64,000 nucleotides of DNA from an uncultured Thermoprotei archaeon (GTDB lineage Archaea > Thermoproteota > Thermoprotei > Thermofilales > B15-G2): the NCBI GenBank assembly GCA_965367815.1, contig CBDUKN010000011.1, positions 14,180 through 78,179 on the forward strand. Reading direction: 5' to 3'. A model generated the notes under the pieces. It made no database searches, was not told the origin of the DNA, and saw only the letters and a list, made by a program, of their open reading frames with translations. Position 1 is the stretch's first letter. The number at the start of each line of letters is the position of its first letter. Shown here one piece after another: positions 18,254 to 28,405 of the stretch. The translations under genes and the position numbers were made by a program.

Positions 18254-20257
18254 TTATTGTTCTTTTTCCTCTTCTATCGACTCCTCTATTTCGTTATCTT
18301 TACTCTTTTTCTTGACTAGGCGGGAGCTTGCGATTTTAATTAGTCCTGCCAGAGTAATCAGTGCTAATGCTACGCCTATTGTTTCTTTAGTTGTTAGTGT
18401 TAGATTTAGTAGTGGAGTATCTATGAATACATCTAGCTGAATTTTCTTTTCGAGAGGTTTGTCTACAGTTATTTTTATCGATGAAGATACACGTTTATAT
18501 CTAGCTATTAGTGTATATTCTCCTGCTGGTATTTGTTTGAACACACAAGTGCCTGTGTCATCTGTCACTAGGCTGTAGAGTTCTGTGTTAGTTGAGCTAT
18601 CGACTAGCAGTACTATAGCTCCACTTAGGCTTTGGCCTCTGGCACCTACTACTGTTACTTTTAAGTCGTATACTGAGCACTTTACTGTGAATGTTTTTTC
18701 GTAAAATGCTGGAATTATTGTTTTGTTTACTAGCTTTCCTTTGAAGTATACTGTTAATTCGTAAGTTCCAGGGACATAGGGGGTTAATTTCACTTGCCCT
18801 GATTCTGAAGTTTCACCTTTGAGTATCATTGCGCCGCTTTTTATTGTTACTTTGGCTCCTGGAATAGGATTGCCCTTATAGTCGACGACTTTCAAGTTTA
18901 TTGGGAGCCAGTCTACGTAAATTCTGTAGGAGCCTACTTCCATAATGTTCTTAGACTTTACTTGAATGTACAGTTCTCTTGAAGAGACGCTTACACTTCT
19001 GTTAGTAGAACCCCAGGCGATCTGGCTGCTGACGTACTTTGAGAATGTTATACCGGAGGGCGAGACTGCATCTCTTATTCTAGCGTTGGGTGGGAGCTGT
19101 ACTACTAGGTAGGCATACTCGGCGCCTTCAATGGCTTCGCTGCTGACTTCTGCGATTACTTCTTTAGGAGTCCACTTGCCTGTAGGCTTTATTGTTATAG
19201 GCATGTACAGGACATTTAGTGGTTCTTTGAGTCCATTTACTACTGTGAATTTTTCTCCGAATACTACGAACGCTTTAACCCAGAACTTGAATCTGAGAGG
19301 TGGAACAAGGTATGATGCTCCGTAAGTAACTATTTCTTGTGCCCGGTTAAATACTAGGTCCACTAAGTCTGATATCACTTTTACTTCAGCTTTAGTATAG
19401 CTTGGTTTCGGGATTACAGAGTAGAGAACTATTACATAACCTAAATGTCTCGCTGTTGTCTGCTGTCTCTCAGTAAAGCTCTTCTGAGACTGTGGCGGTA
19501 CAGAATCTTTAATGAACTTCTCATTTCTAACAATGAATGCTGAAGGGAGCTCTGCGTTTTCAAAGTACAGCAGCTTTATAGTGTATGTTCCTTCTCTAAG
19601 GTCTCTTGAGCTAAAGTCGAGCACAACGTGTTTTAGATCTACGCTAAATGCCGATGCAGAGATCTTGTTTGCAGATTCCAGCGCTATGAGAGAAGTTCCT
19701 TCAGGACCTATGACGTCGGATACTCTGTAGGGGGCGTAGTTGTCTATAGTTACTCTTATGGTTAAGTTTTTCAGCGTAAAGAGAGGATCCTCTGGTTTAG
19801 TTACATTAAATGATATTTCTTTAGTCTCAGGAGTTATCGGTATCCATGTTCTCTTTGCGTATATTGCTTCAACTACTATTGTTGTAGTGAAGTTCTTGGA
19901 AGCCGAGTTCACTATTTTAATTTTTCCGCTGAGTGAAATTACTGCCGAAAGTTTGTCTCCTTCTAGTATCTCCTTATCGTAGTTCATTATAGCGAGGTAT
20001 TTGGGTATATATTTCTGCGAAGTGGTTACTATCATGTACTCTAGCTTATAGCCCTCGGGTTCAGGAGGAGCTATTATTTCTCTTACTTCATTCGGTGCAA
20101 GTATAATGCTTACTTGTGTACGGCTCTTGAGGATATACTCTATCTCAATGTAGAAAGTCGTAGTGCTAGGACTGGCATAGACTTGAGCTAAACTAGCTAT
20201 TACAGGAGCTACTAAGATTAATGCAGCTATTATAGAAATAAGTGATTTGCATCTCAT
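18254..20257 (-). CDS. Cell-surface protein with carboxypeptidase-regulatory-like beta-sandwich repeats
   Basis: Signal peptide; VVDYKGNPIPGAKV and VVGARGQSLSGA repeats; C-terminal TM plus charged tail. Confidence 0.75.
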   Translation of the reverse strand: MRCKSLISIIAALILVAPVIASLAQVYASPSTTTFYIEIEYILKSRTQVSIILAPNEVREIIAPPEPEGYKLEYMIVTTSQKYIPKYLAIMNYDKEILEGDKLSAVISLSGKIKIVNSASKNFTTTIVVEAIYAKRTWIPITPETKEISFNVTKPEDPLFTLKNLTIRVTIDNYAPYRVSDVIGPEGTSLIALESANKISASAFSVDLKHVVLDFSSRDLREGTYTIKLLYFENAELPSAFIVRNEKFIKDSVPPQSQKSFTERQQTTARHLGYVIVLYSVIPKPSYTKAEVKVISDLVDLVFNRAQEIVTYGASYLVPPLRFKFWVKAFVVFGEKFTVVNGLKEPLNVLYMPITIKPTGKWTPKEVIAEVSSEAIEGAEYAYLVVQLPPNARIRDAVSPSGITFSKYVSSQIAWGSTNRSVSVSSRELYIQVKSKNIMEVGSYRIYVDWLPINLKVVDYKGNPIPGAKVTIKSGAMILKGETSESGQVKLTPYVPGTYELTVYFKGKLVNKTIIPAFYEKTFTVKCSVYDLKVTVVGARGQSLSGAIVLLVDSSTNTELYSLVTDDTGTCVFKQIPAGEYTLIARYKRVSSSIKITVDKPLEKKIQLDVFIDTPLLNLTLTTKETIGVALALITLAGLIKIASSRLVKKKSKDNEIEESIEEEKEQ

Positions 20258-20439
20258 TGTCTACCACCCTCTTCTTGAACCTTAAGCCATAACATAATGG
20301 CTTCTGTTAAAGCCTTTTCAAGAGCGCCTCTTCTTACGCCGTATTTTTCTGCTATTTTTAGGCGAAATCTTCTATCTAGGTCTACCGGAATCCTACATTG
20401 GATTGGTATTTTCTTTACACCAAGATTTCTTCTACTCAC
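20254..20439 (-). CDS. Ribbon-helix-helix DNA-binding protein
   Basis: IQCRIPVDLDRRFR...RGALEKALTEAIMLWL; overlaps the start of the surface-protein gene. Confidence 0.7.
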   Translation of the reverse strand: MSRRNLGVKKIPIQCRIPVDLDRRFRLKIAEKYGVRRGALEKALTEAIMLWLKVQEEGGRQ

Positions 20440-20652
20440 GGGGACTTATTCGGCTTATAAATAGTTAAAATATGCTAAGCTATTTTATCTGATATACTGA
20501 AATATTATCTAGCTAATATTCTGTAGTATATTTTTCATGTAATAATTGTTTCATAAAGAAATACCTTAGTAAACACATAATCTAAAGGACTCAAAATATT
20601 GTGTTTTTAGTAAAAAATGATTTGATAAATGTACTCTAGAGAATAGTAGTAG

Positions 20653-20758
20653 TGGACCGGCCGGGATTTGAACCCGGGTCCTCCGCCTCTCTTGGCCCGC
20701 GCAGTTCTGGGGAAGAGGCTCGCGAGGGCGGCATGCCTCCAGGCTACACCACCGGCCC
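20653..20758 (-). tRNA. tRNA-Ala(CGC) with 32-nt intron at 37/38 (20689-20720)
   Basis: Cloverleaf; G3-U70 Ala identity pair; anticodon CGC; BHB-like junction; no encoded CCA. Confidence 0.92.
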
Positions 20759-20863
20759 ACTATCTCCCTTACTTTTGTGTGAAATAAGTTTTTCTGCCCC
20801 AATATTGAAATTTAGTTTATCATAGTCAATAATAAATACCTCTTTTTGATGATAAAAGAATAG

Positions 20864-21223
20864 TTGCTTATGCCGAGAAAAAGAAGAAAAAGAGAGGAAG
20901 AAGTACCTTCTGTGACACTTTTTCAGTTTGTAGAAAGTAAAAAGGAAGAAGAAAGTAAGCGGGTAACTGCAGTAAAAGAGGTCAAAAAAGATACTGAATT
21001 AAAGGAGGTAAAAGTGGATGAACAGGGCTATGAGAGTTTAATATATAACTATATTCGGCAAAGAGGAAAAGTCAGTAAAGATGAAATTTATGTCTGGTCG
21101 AAGAGAAGAAAAATTTCTCCAGCAGAGCTATATAGGGCCATTATTTCCTTAGAGAAAAAGGGACTTGTTAGAAAGCGCTTTGATGGTGAAATGGGTCAAC
21201 TAGTATATGAGATAATCACTTAA
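20864..21223 (+). CDS. Hypothetical protein with C-terminal winged helix
   Basis: Charged N-half; ISPAELYRAIISLEKKGLVRKR. Confidence 0.65.
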   Translation: MLMPRKRRKREEEVPSVTLFQFVESKKEEESKRVTAVKEVKKDTELKEVKVDEQGYESLIYNYIRQRGKVSKDEIYVWSKRRKISPAELYRAIISLEKKGLVRKRFDGEMGQLVYEIIT

Positions 21224-21761
21224 ATGAGTACACTATTCTATTGTTTACTTTTTTCTTCTCTATAATGTTAATTAAACACATTATCTTTAATGCAAGTGAA
21301 GCTAAAGGCTTTGGCATATTTAGTTTAGTATAGAGATCTTTTAAAGAAAATTCACGGGGTAGTGTCTGCGAGTTTCTTTGAATTGCTTCTATTACTTTTT
21401 TATCAAGCCTTTTAACATAGATTCCTTTTCTTTTATTAATTAAGAGAATATAATATCTTTTATCTTCCATTAGTAAGAATTTTTCAGTATGTAAAATAAT
21501 ATTTAATTGGTTTAATATATTGGATATTACTGAGTCAAAAAGATCATTAAAGCAATACACTCCTTCTTCCTTCCTGTAAATTATATTCATTTTCATGAAA
21601 GGTCTAATATAACGTCTGATTATGGGAGTTTTTACTCCACCGCATGATTTGGCTAAATCAGGAAGTCTAAATTCTCTTAATTTTTGTGCATGTACAAGTA
21701 CTTCGACTAAGGCAGGATGTTTTCGAAGAAGATTTTTTAGTTCTTTTTCTAAAAGTTTCAT
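21216..21761 (-). CDS. Hypothetical protein (probable wHTH domains)
   Basis: 181-aa ORF with GGTGA RBS. Confidence 0.6.
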   Translation of the reverse strand: MKLLEKELKNLLRKHPALVEVLVHAQKLREFRLPDLAKSCGGVKTPIIRRYIRPFMKMNIIYRKEEGVYCFNDLFDSVISNILNQLNIILHTEKFLLMEDKRYYILLINKRKGIYVKRLDKKVIEAIQRNSQTLPREFSLKDLYTKLNMPKPLASLALKIMCLINIIEKKKVNNRIVYSFK

Positions 21762-21892
21762 AAGGTCACCCAGCAGTGTATGTATTTAGTGTTCTTTAGG
21801 CAGAATACATTCTACGCTATAAAGGTTATCTCAGCTGAAGGACGTGGTTTATCTGTGGAAAACCTTATGTTATAGGAGCAAGTAAAATACTC

Positions 21893-22285
21893 GTGAAATA
21901 CAGATTAGTGGACAAGTTAGCGTGTCCTATGTGTAAACATTTTCCGTTGCAGCTAATAGTAATAGAGAGGACTGAATATCCTGAAAGAACTTTGGAGGAA
22001 GAAAAGCCTCTCTGCGAGCTTTACTGCGGTTACTTAGGGAGAGATATAGGTGAAGATAAAAATATGCCGTGTGAAAAGTGTGTAAAGTATGAAGTTAAGG
22101 AAGGAGTTCTCTTCTGTAAAAACTGTGGAAGATGGTATCCTATAATCGACGAGATAGCAATTTTACTGCCGGACGACTTGAGAAAAGAGAAAGAGGACTT
22201 AGCGTTCCTCAATAAGTATAAGGATAAACTGCCCGAAGAAATAGTTTTTGAAGGAAAACCTTTTTCGCTTAGGAAGCAGAGCTAG
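21893..22285 (+). CDS. trm112: Trm112-family methyltransferase activator
   Basis: LACPMCK...EGVLFCKNCGRWYPIIDEI..LLPD. Confidence 0.9.
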   Translation: MKYRLVDKLACPMCKHFPLQLIVIERTEYPERTLEEEKPLCELYCGYLGRDIGEDKNMPCEKCVKYEVKEGVLFCKNCGRWYPIIDEIAILLPDDLRKEKEDLAFLNKYKDKLPEEIVFEGKPFSLRKQS

Positions 22286-24018
22286 TCGTGAATGTATATA
22301 AATTTATATTTATTTTCGCTAGCACTATCTAGTTTTACAAACCCGTACCTGATAAACTGTATTCTGTCGTTAACTGAAAGCAATTTTACACCAGGATCAG
22401 CAAGTCCTTCTTCTACTACAATACTATTTCCTTGAACTCTCATTACTTCGGCTTTAATATAATTATCTGCTGGCACCCACTGAATAATTTCACCGCCAAG
22501 GTCCTTTACTTCTTTAACATCTTCTCCGATTATATTTCCTTCAGCTACATTTTCCTCCACGCGAGATAAGCTAATGTTGATTAGCCCTATTAGTCTTAAA
22601 GGCTTACCCAAGTTCTTAATTGCATCGTTTCTACAAATATATACTCTTACTTTGCCTTCCACTGATTTTAAAACTATTTCTCTGGTACCTCTTTCTGGAA
22701 ATGATGGATGATAGTTTAGCTTAGCCACTAAGTCTTTATCAGAGGGTATCTCGAGAAGTATCGGATCATATACAAACATGTACCTGTTAGCTATAGGCTC
22801 GAGATATTTTCTATTTAAAGCACAGAGATTTATGAAGCTTATAGTTGCTTCGGAAGATTTTACACCCACTTCAAGTATTAAGTCCCATATACTTTCTGGA
22901 AGGAATCCTCTTTTACGTAGAGCCATTAATGTTCCTAACCTAATGTCATCAGGACCTATGTACAATCCCTTTTCTATTCCAGCACGTATTTTCGACTTGC
23001 TTAAGATAAATCCTTCAAGTTTCAATCTACCAAAATGTATTGCTTCCGGGTATTTCCATTTAAGATGCTCGTATAAAAACTTCTGCTTTATTGTGTTAGA
23101 TATATGCTCTTTTGCTCTTAATATATGCGTTATTTTCATTTCGTGATCATCTATGGCGCAAGCAAAATTGTATGTAGGCCATACAATATACTTGTCTCCC
23201 ACTATTGGGTGGGGATATTTACTTGTATCAATTACCCTAAATGCAATCCAGTCTCTTACTGAAGGATCAGGATATTTGGGGTCAGTCTTTATTCTTAGAA
23301 CAGCTTGTCCTTCCTCGAAAGATCCGTCAAGCATTTTATCCCATAACTCTAGTTGGTCTTCAGGAGCTTTTTCGGCACATGTGCAGCGGATTCCTTTAGT
23401 TCTGTATTCTCTTATTTTTTCAGGAGAACATGTACATATGTATGCATAACCTTTTTCGAGAAGCTTCTTAGCGTAATAGTAGTATATTTTCATTCTAAGC
23501 GATTGAATATATTCTTCATCCCATTTAATTTTAAGCCATTTTAAGTCCTCCTTTATCAAATCGTATGCTTCTGGTAAAGGTCTTTTTGTTCGAGGGTCGG
23601 TGTCCTCAAACCTTAATATGAATTTACCTTTATATAATCGAGCATACTCATAGCTTAATATTGCTGGCCTTGCATTACCTAGCGTCAACACAAAGTCTGG
23701 ATTTGGTGCGAACCTTGTTCTAATCTCTCTATACTTGTCAGCATTAGGTAGAGGCGGCAGACCTTTTTTGACTTCTTTCTTTTCTTCAACTATTGCTTCA
23801 GGAAACATTTTCTTAAGAAGTTCTTGCTGTTTCTCTAGACTCATCTTGTTGACTTCATTTACTATTTTTTCGGCTTCTTTTATTACCTCTTTAATATTTT
23901 TTCTTAGTGATGGATTTTCAGCGAGTACTTTGCCTATAACTGCTTTCAGTGAGGCGGTGCCTCCATACTTTATGGCATTAATAAGTGCGTACTTAAGTAT
24001 GGTTTTCTCTAAGGTCAT
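22282..24018 (-). CDS. gltX: Glutamyl-tRNA synthetase
   Basis: TRFAPNP, LRFEDTDP, LSKSK. Confidence 0.96.
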   Translation of the reverse strand: MTLEKTILKYALINAIKYGGTASLKAVIGKVLAENPSLRKNIKEVIKEAEKIVNEVNKMSLEKQQELLKKMFPEAIVEEKKEVKKGLPPLPNADKYREIRTRFAPNPDFVLTLGNARPAILSYEYARLYKGKFILRFEDTDPRTKRPLPEAYDLIKEDLKWLKIKWDEEYIQSLRMKIYYYYAKKLLEKGYAYICTCSPEKIREYRTKGIRCTCAEKAPEDQLELWDKMLDGSFEEGQAVLRIKTDPKYPDPSVRDWIAFRVIDTSKYPHPIVGDKYIVWPTYNFACAIDDHEMKITHILRAKEHISNTIKQKFLYEHLKWKYPEAIHFGRLKLEGFILSKSKIRAGIEKGLYIGPDDIRLGTLMALRKRGFLPESIWDLILEVGVKSSEATISFINLCALNRKYLEPIANRYMFVYDPILLEIPSDKDLVAKLNYHPSFPERGTREIVLKSVEGKVRVYICRNDAIKNLGKPLRLIGLINISLSRVEENVAEGNIIGEDVKEVKDLGGEIIQWVPADNYIKAEVMRVQGNSIVVEEGLADPGVKLLSVNDRIQFIRYGFVKLDSASENKYKFIYIHD

Positions 24019-24127
24019 GAAGTATCTACTACTAGGAGAAATTCAGCTGACTAAAATGTTTTCTGTTCGGATGGTCTCGAGTTTCAACGAAAAAGATAAA
24101 AAGGCTCTATCCATTAAAAACTAAGAT

Positions 24128-24457
24128 ATGAAAATACTATCGCAAAGAATGATTGCCTTACCTCAAGCTGCTAAAATAGTAGAGGAAGTTAAGGAAAAAT
24201 ATGGTTTATCTCAGTTACAAGAAAAAGTTTTAGACTATTTAAAGAAGTTTAGTAAAATAGATGAAGAAAAAGCAGTAGAGCTTCTAGAAAAACTAACTAA
24301 GAAGTATGGAGTATCCGAATTTTCGGCAGTACAAATAGTAAACATTATGCCTAGAACAGTAGATGAACTTAGAGCCATTCTAGCTAAGGAGACAACCAAA
24401 GTATTCTTACCCGAAGATTTGGAGAAAATGCTGTCTACTATAAATGAGTATCGGTGA
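24128..24457 (+). CDS. rpoF: RNA polymerase subunit Rpo4 (F)
   Basis: LDYLKKFSK...QIVNIMPRTVDELRAIL. Confidence 0.92.
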   Translation: MKILSQRMIALPQAAKIVEEVKEKYGLSQLQEKVLDYLKKFSKIDEEKAVELLEKLTKKYGVSEFSAVQIVNIMPRTVDELRAILAKETTKVFLPEDLEKMLSTINEYR

Positions 24458-25044
24458 ATAGAATGTTTTTCACAAGAAAATGTTATGAAGAATATGCATA
24501 TGTGTTAGACTATATTCCGACTCCTCTAAAGAGATACAAGGGGTATAGGGGCCCTGTAGCTCAAGTGATTGGAGAAAACTGCTTTACTTTACTTGAAGTT
24601 GCCCCATATCCAGGAGTAATATTGTCTGCGGGCGAAAGAATTTTCATAGGTAAAGGGATAAGAGATAAAGTTGAAAGAGTATTAAGAAGAATTTCTTACG
24701 AGGATCTCTCACCCCTAGCGCGTGATGAGTTACCTCGAATAGTGGAAGAAATAGTAACTAAACAGGAAGCAAGATTTGTCGAGTTTTTCAATAAGGCTCA
24801 GCCTTTAACAACAAAAATGCACAGTTTAGAGCTCTTAAGAGGAATAGGCAAGAAGACATTATGGAAAATCTTAGAAGAACGTAAAAAATCTCCCTTTACA
24901 AGCTTTGAGGACATAAAGAAGAGAATTAAATTGCCTGATCCCAAAAAGCTTATCATAGAAAGGATACTTGAAGAAATAAGAGGAGAAGAAAAATACTACA
25001 TATTTGTTGCTCCTCCTCCCAAGCCTTCGTTCTCGCGTATTTAG
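24454..25044 (+). CDS. DUF655-family RNA-binding protein
   Basis: EEYAYVLDY, FTLLE, HSLELLRGIGKK. Confidence 0.9.
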   Translation: MNRMFFTRKCYEEYAYVLDYIPTPLKRYKGYRGPVAQVIGENCFTLLEVAPYPGVILSAGERIFIGKGIRDKVERVLRRISYEDLSPLARDELPRIVEEIVTKQEARFVEFFNKAQPLTTKMHSLELLRGIGKKTLWKILEERKKSPFTSFEDIKKRIKLPDPKKLIIERILEEIRGEEKYYIFVAPPPKPSFSRI

Positions 25045-25069
25045 TCTTGATGAATATTTCTGTATTCAG

Positions 25070-25121
25070 TATCAGTACTCATAATCTTCTTCATCTATCA
25101 GATTCGAGGGGATCATCACTT
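25070..25121 (-). ncRNA. Box C/D sRNA candidate
   Basis: Minus strand GTGATGA-TCCCCTCGAAT-CTGA-TAGATGA-AGAAGATTATGAGTA-CTGA just 3' of aIF5A. Confidence 0.7.
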
Positions 25122-25130
25122 TAAGAGAAG

Positions 25131-25523
25131 TTACTTTGTTCTCATTATCTTTCTTCTACCTAATACTTCCCATACTTCTACTTCGATTCCAGGGGCTAGT
25201 CTTTTTCTTAAATCTTCGTCTTCTGGTAATGGGACTTCGTATACTTCATATGTGGATAGATCCATTAACTGGACAGAGTCTTGTAGTAGTGCTAATACTT
25301 GTGCAGTTTTTTTAGTAACAATAGGTACTTCTACTTTAGAGTCTGCTGGAACGACTATGCTTCGCTTATTTCTGTCAAAGAGACCTATTGCTACTATTCT
25401 GCATTTTGCTGAGCCGTGTTTTCCTGGTTTAGATTTCTCTATTTCCATTATTTTGCATGGTTCGTTGTCTATTACGATAAACGATCCTACTTTTAAGCTT
25501 CCTGCATCAACGGGCTTAGACAT
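25131..25523 (-). CDS. eif5a: Translation factor aIF5A
   Basis: SKPGKHGSAK hypusination motif. Confidence 0.97.
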   Translation of the reverse strand: MSKPVDAGSLKVGSFIVIDNEPCKIMEIEKSKPGKHGSAKCRIVAIGLFDRNKRSIVVPADSKVEVPIVTKKTAQVLALLQDSVQLMDLSTYEVYEVPLPEDEDLRKRLAPGIEVEVWEVLGRRKIMRTK

Positions 25524-25731
25524 AATGCCACCTCTATAACTACTTAACTATGTACATAAAAGAGTCTTAAATATTTGTTACGGTAAGTTCTTAAAAGACC
25601 TTATACGGCGGAAATGATGAAAACATTTTAGTGAAAACTAAATAAACTATGTTGCTAAAACTGTAGTTAAAGTGCTGCTCAAATATCCGAAGACCTTAAA
25701 TAAACTCACTAAGTAAGGCTTTTCGGGAATA

Positions 25732-26559
25732 ATGAAAGCTGGTATTGTAGTGTCTGACGATGAGAAAGCTGTACATGTTGCTTTAAATGCTATTAAAATA
25801 TTGGAGCAGCTGAGTATTGAGTATGTTGTATATAGAAGAGCATGCGAGCACTTACGGGTGTGTGCTAAATATTGTGATGAAGAAGAATTAAGTAGCGTTG
25901 ATTTTATTATGTGTATAGGAGGAGACGGTACAATATTAGAGACAGTAAGTGTTCTTAAGAAAGTGCCGCCAGTACTGGGAATTAATGCAGGCACCGTAGG
26001 TTTCTTGACAGAAATTGATGAAAGACTTATCGAGTGGGCACTCGAGAAAATTATTGAAAAGGACTATTTCATAGATAAAAGAGCACGTGCTAAAGTTACA
26101 GTAGGCAATAAAGCGTCATTTCTTGTTCTCAATGAAATAGTATTTACAGGAGAGCGTCCATTTAAGGTATTTAAGTACCGCGTGCTTGTTGACGGACATT
26201 TGGTTTATGAAGATAGGGGAGACGGAATCATAGTAGCTACTCCAACAGGGTCTACTGCATACTCTCTGTCTGCAGGTGGACCTGTACTGGATCCCGAGAT
26301 AAAGGCTCTTGTTTTGTGTCCCTTATGTTCCTACAATAGTTGGACAAGACCTCTTGTTGTTAGTGCTAGTAGAAAAATCACTCTTTATTCAGTTAAGCAA
26401 CCTGGGTTAGTAGTTTACGATGGCATCGGGTCTTATAGTGTTCGGCCTCGAGAAAAAATATCAGTAGAGCTCTCCGATAGTTACTCTGTAGAATTTATTC
26501 GGTTTACAAATAATCCTTTCAAAAAGCTAGAATACAGACTTAAAGGGGGAGCGTTATAG
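25732..26559 (+). CDS. nadK: NAD(+) kinase
   Basis: GGDGT, LNE, DG..ATPTGSTAYSLSAGGP. Confidence 0.94.
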   Translation: MKAGIVVSDDEKAVHVALNAIKILEQLSIEYVVYRRACEHLRVCAKYCDEEELSSVDFIMCIGGDGTILETVSVLKKVPPVLGINAGTVGFLTEIDERLIEWALEKIIEKDYFIDKRARAKVTVGNKASFLVLNEIVFTGERPFKVFKYRVLVDGHLVYEDRGDGIIVATPTGSTAYSLSAGGPVLDPEIKALVLCPLCSYNSWTRPLVVSASRKITLYSVKQPGLVVYDGIGSYSVRPREKISVELSDSYSVEFIRFTNNPFKKLEYRLKGGAL

Positions 26560-27053
26560 TGAAGAAGATAATAGTAGCTGATACTTCAGCTATAATTCAT
26601 GGTACTGCACTTCTTTGTAAAGACACAGTAGTTACTACTCCTAAAGTATTAGAGGAAGTTAAATCTAGTGTAGCTAGATATATTTTACTTACTTTGCTCG
26701 AAGGAAAAAAGATTAGCGTAGTCGAGCCTGAAAGAAAATACTTAACTAAAGCTATAAAAATAGCTAAAAAAATGGGATATTTACGCGATTTATCAGAAAC
26801 AGACATAAGTTTAATAGCTCTAGCAATTAAATATATATCTGAAGGAATAAGTGTTATAGTATATACGGATGATTATAAAATTCAAAGTATTTTAAGTAAA
26901 TTAAATATATCTTACAGTAGTGTTGTCCATAAGCCAATAGATAAATGCCGTAAAAAGATATACTATTGCAGTATTTGTGGAAAAACGTATACTAATGGAG
27001 ATTTTTGCCCTATATGTGGAAGTAAGCTTAGAAGTAAATATGTTAAGGCTTAA
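26559..27053 (+). CDS. nob1: Nob1-family PIN endonuclease with zinc ribbon
   Basis: DTSA, LSETD, TDDY, CxxC..CPICG. Confidence 0.88.
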   Translation: MKKIIVADTSAIIHGTALLCKDTVVTTPKVLEEVKSSVARYILLTLLEGKKISVVEPERKYLTKAIKIAKKMGYLRDLSETDISLIALAIKYISEGISVIVYTDDYKIQSILSKLNISYSSVVHKPIDKCRKKIYYCSICGKTYTNGDFCPICGSKLRSKYVKA

Positions 27054-28212
27054 GAAGCTTTGCTATAAAATAGCCTGGTGTTTCATGAATATGAGGTAGA
27101 AATCTCTGAACATATGTTAAGTGCAACTCAGGTAGAATTAATGATGAAGGCATACCTACTGTGATACTTTGTTTAAGTAGTTTTAGTCCAAGTTTATTTA
27201 TCGCGTAAAGAATATTCATTTCATTCTCCTCTACTGAAAGAGTGCACGTAGAGTATACTATTACTCCTCCTTTTCTAGTTATCTTGGTAGCTTCTTTTAG
27301 TAACTGTCTTTGGTAAGCAGCAGTCGCTAATATATCCTTGCACTTTTTATTTTCGTATATTTTAGGTCTAACACCTAATGCTGTGCAGGGAGGATCTAAT
27401 AGGACTTTATCAGCTACATTTTTCCCTAGTTCTTTGGAAAGATATCGAGAGTCGTAGACGAGAGTCTTGACGCATGTTACTCCTAGTCTTTCACAGTTTT
27501 CAATTAAGCGTTTAATTTTGTTTTCCGATCTGTCTACAGCTATGATATTAGATTTGTTTTCTGTGAGTTGTGCGATATGAGTAGTTTTTCCTCCTGGAGC
27601 TGCACACATATCAACTATTAATTCTCCCGGCTTTGGTTCGAGAACTCTAGAAGTGATCATTGCAGGAAGGCTTTGATCGTATATGAGTCCTTTCTTAAAT
27701 GTATATAGTTCTCTAACTTTGGGAGCTCTATATTTTGAATTTGTTACCTTTACAGCTATGCCATGTGATTTTCCGCGCATTTCTTTTGAAGACATCAGAG
27801 CTATTCCTTCAGCCACGAGATAGCCTTCCGGAGAGACTATGGAAACTATATCTCCTTCTTTAACGTTGTGCGCTTTAAGAACGCCCGGTATGTACACGTC
27901 AGCTCCTAAAAGCACACTTTCTGCAGTAAATTTATCCACTACAACTATCTTTTTATGTAGTCTTATTTTGAATGGTCCTCTTATAGGTACGCATATAGCC
28001 TCTGGTAGTATTTTGCTTTTAAAGGCTTTTATTCCCTCTTTAAGCAGACTCTCTAAGACTTCATCTCTAGTCGACTTGAGTGTATTTACTCTGATATAGT
28101 AGCGAGACGATGGAGATAAGAGAGCTTTAAGCATGCATAAGGTCTGACCTAAGCCAAACCATTTCGAAAGACAGGCCACGAGGTCTTTGTTTAAGTAAGG
28201 GAGATGTCTCAT
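27043..28212 (-). CDS. RsmB/NOP RNA m5C methyltransferase with PUA domain (NSun6-like)
   Basis: DMCAAPGGKT, DPPC, YSTCT; PUA domain. Confidence 0.9.
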   Translation of the reverse strand: MRHLPYLNKDLVACLSKWFGLGQTLCMLKALLSPSSRYYIRVNTLKSTRDEVLESLLKEGIKAFKSKILPEAICVPIRGPFKIRLHKKIVVVDKFTAESVLLGADVYIPGVLKAHNVKEGDIVSIVSPEGYLVAEGIALMSSKEMRGKSHGIAVKVTNSKYRAPKVRELYTFKKGLIYDQSLPAMITSRVLEPKPGELIVDMCAAPGGKTTHIAQLTENKSNIIAVDRSENKIKRLIENCERLGVTCVKTLVYDSRYLSKELGKNVADKVLLDPPCTALGVRPKIYENKKCKDILATAAYQRQLLKEATKITRKGGVIVYSTCTLSVEENEMNILYAINKLGLKLLKQSITVGMPSSLILPELHLTYVQRFLPHIHETPGYFIAKLLKP

Positions 28213-28227
28213 GGTCTATTGAAATAG

Positions 28228-28331
28228 TGCGGGGGGTGGGATTTGAACCCACGCAGGCCTGCGCCACGGGAGGTCTCGCCCTTTTTAGGGTCCTGAGTCC
28301 CGCCCCTTTGACCTAGCTCGGGCACCCCCGC
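28228..28331 (-). tRNA. tRNA-Leu(CAG) with 19-nt intron at 37/38 (28273-28291)
   Basis: GCGGGGGTGCCCGAG...; long variable arm; anticodon CAG; BHB-like junction. Confidence 0.93.
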
Positions 28332-28405
28332 ATGTGAGAATTTTCTGAGGAAGTATATAAAGTTAAGTTCTTATTCGCTAGATTTACGAAAGCTTTATCT
28401 GCATA

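Noticed and set aside
20566-20802. 78-aa ORF
   Set aside because: It overlaps the tRNA-Ala gene; shadow ORF
25614-25690. ATGATGA followed by GTGA/CTAA/CCGA as another C/D sRNA
   Set aside because: Perfect C box but no convincing D, C' or D' boxes at the right spacing
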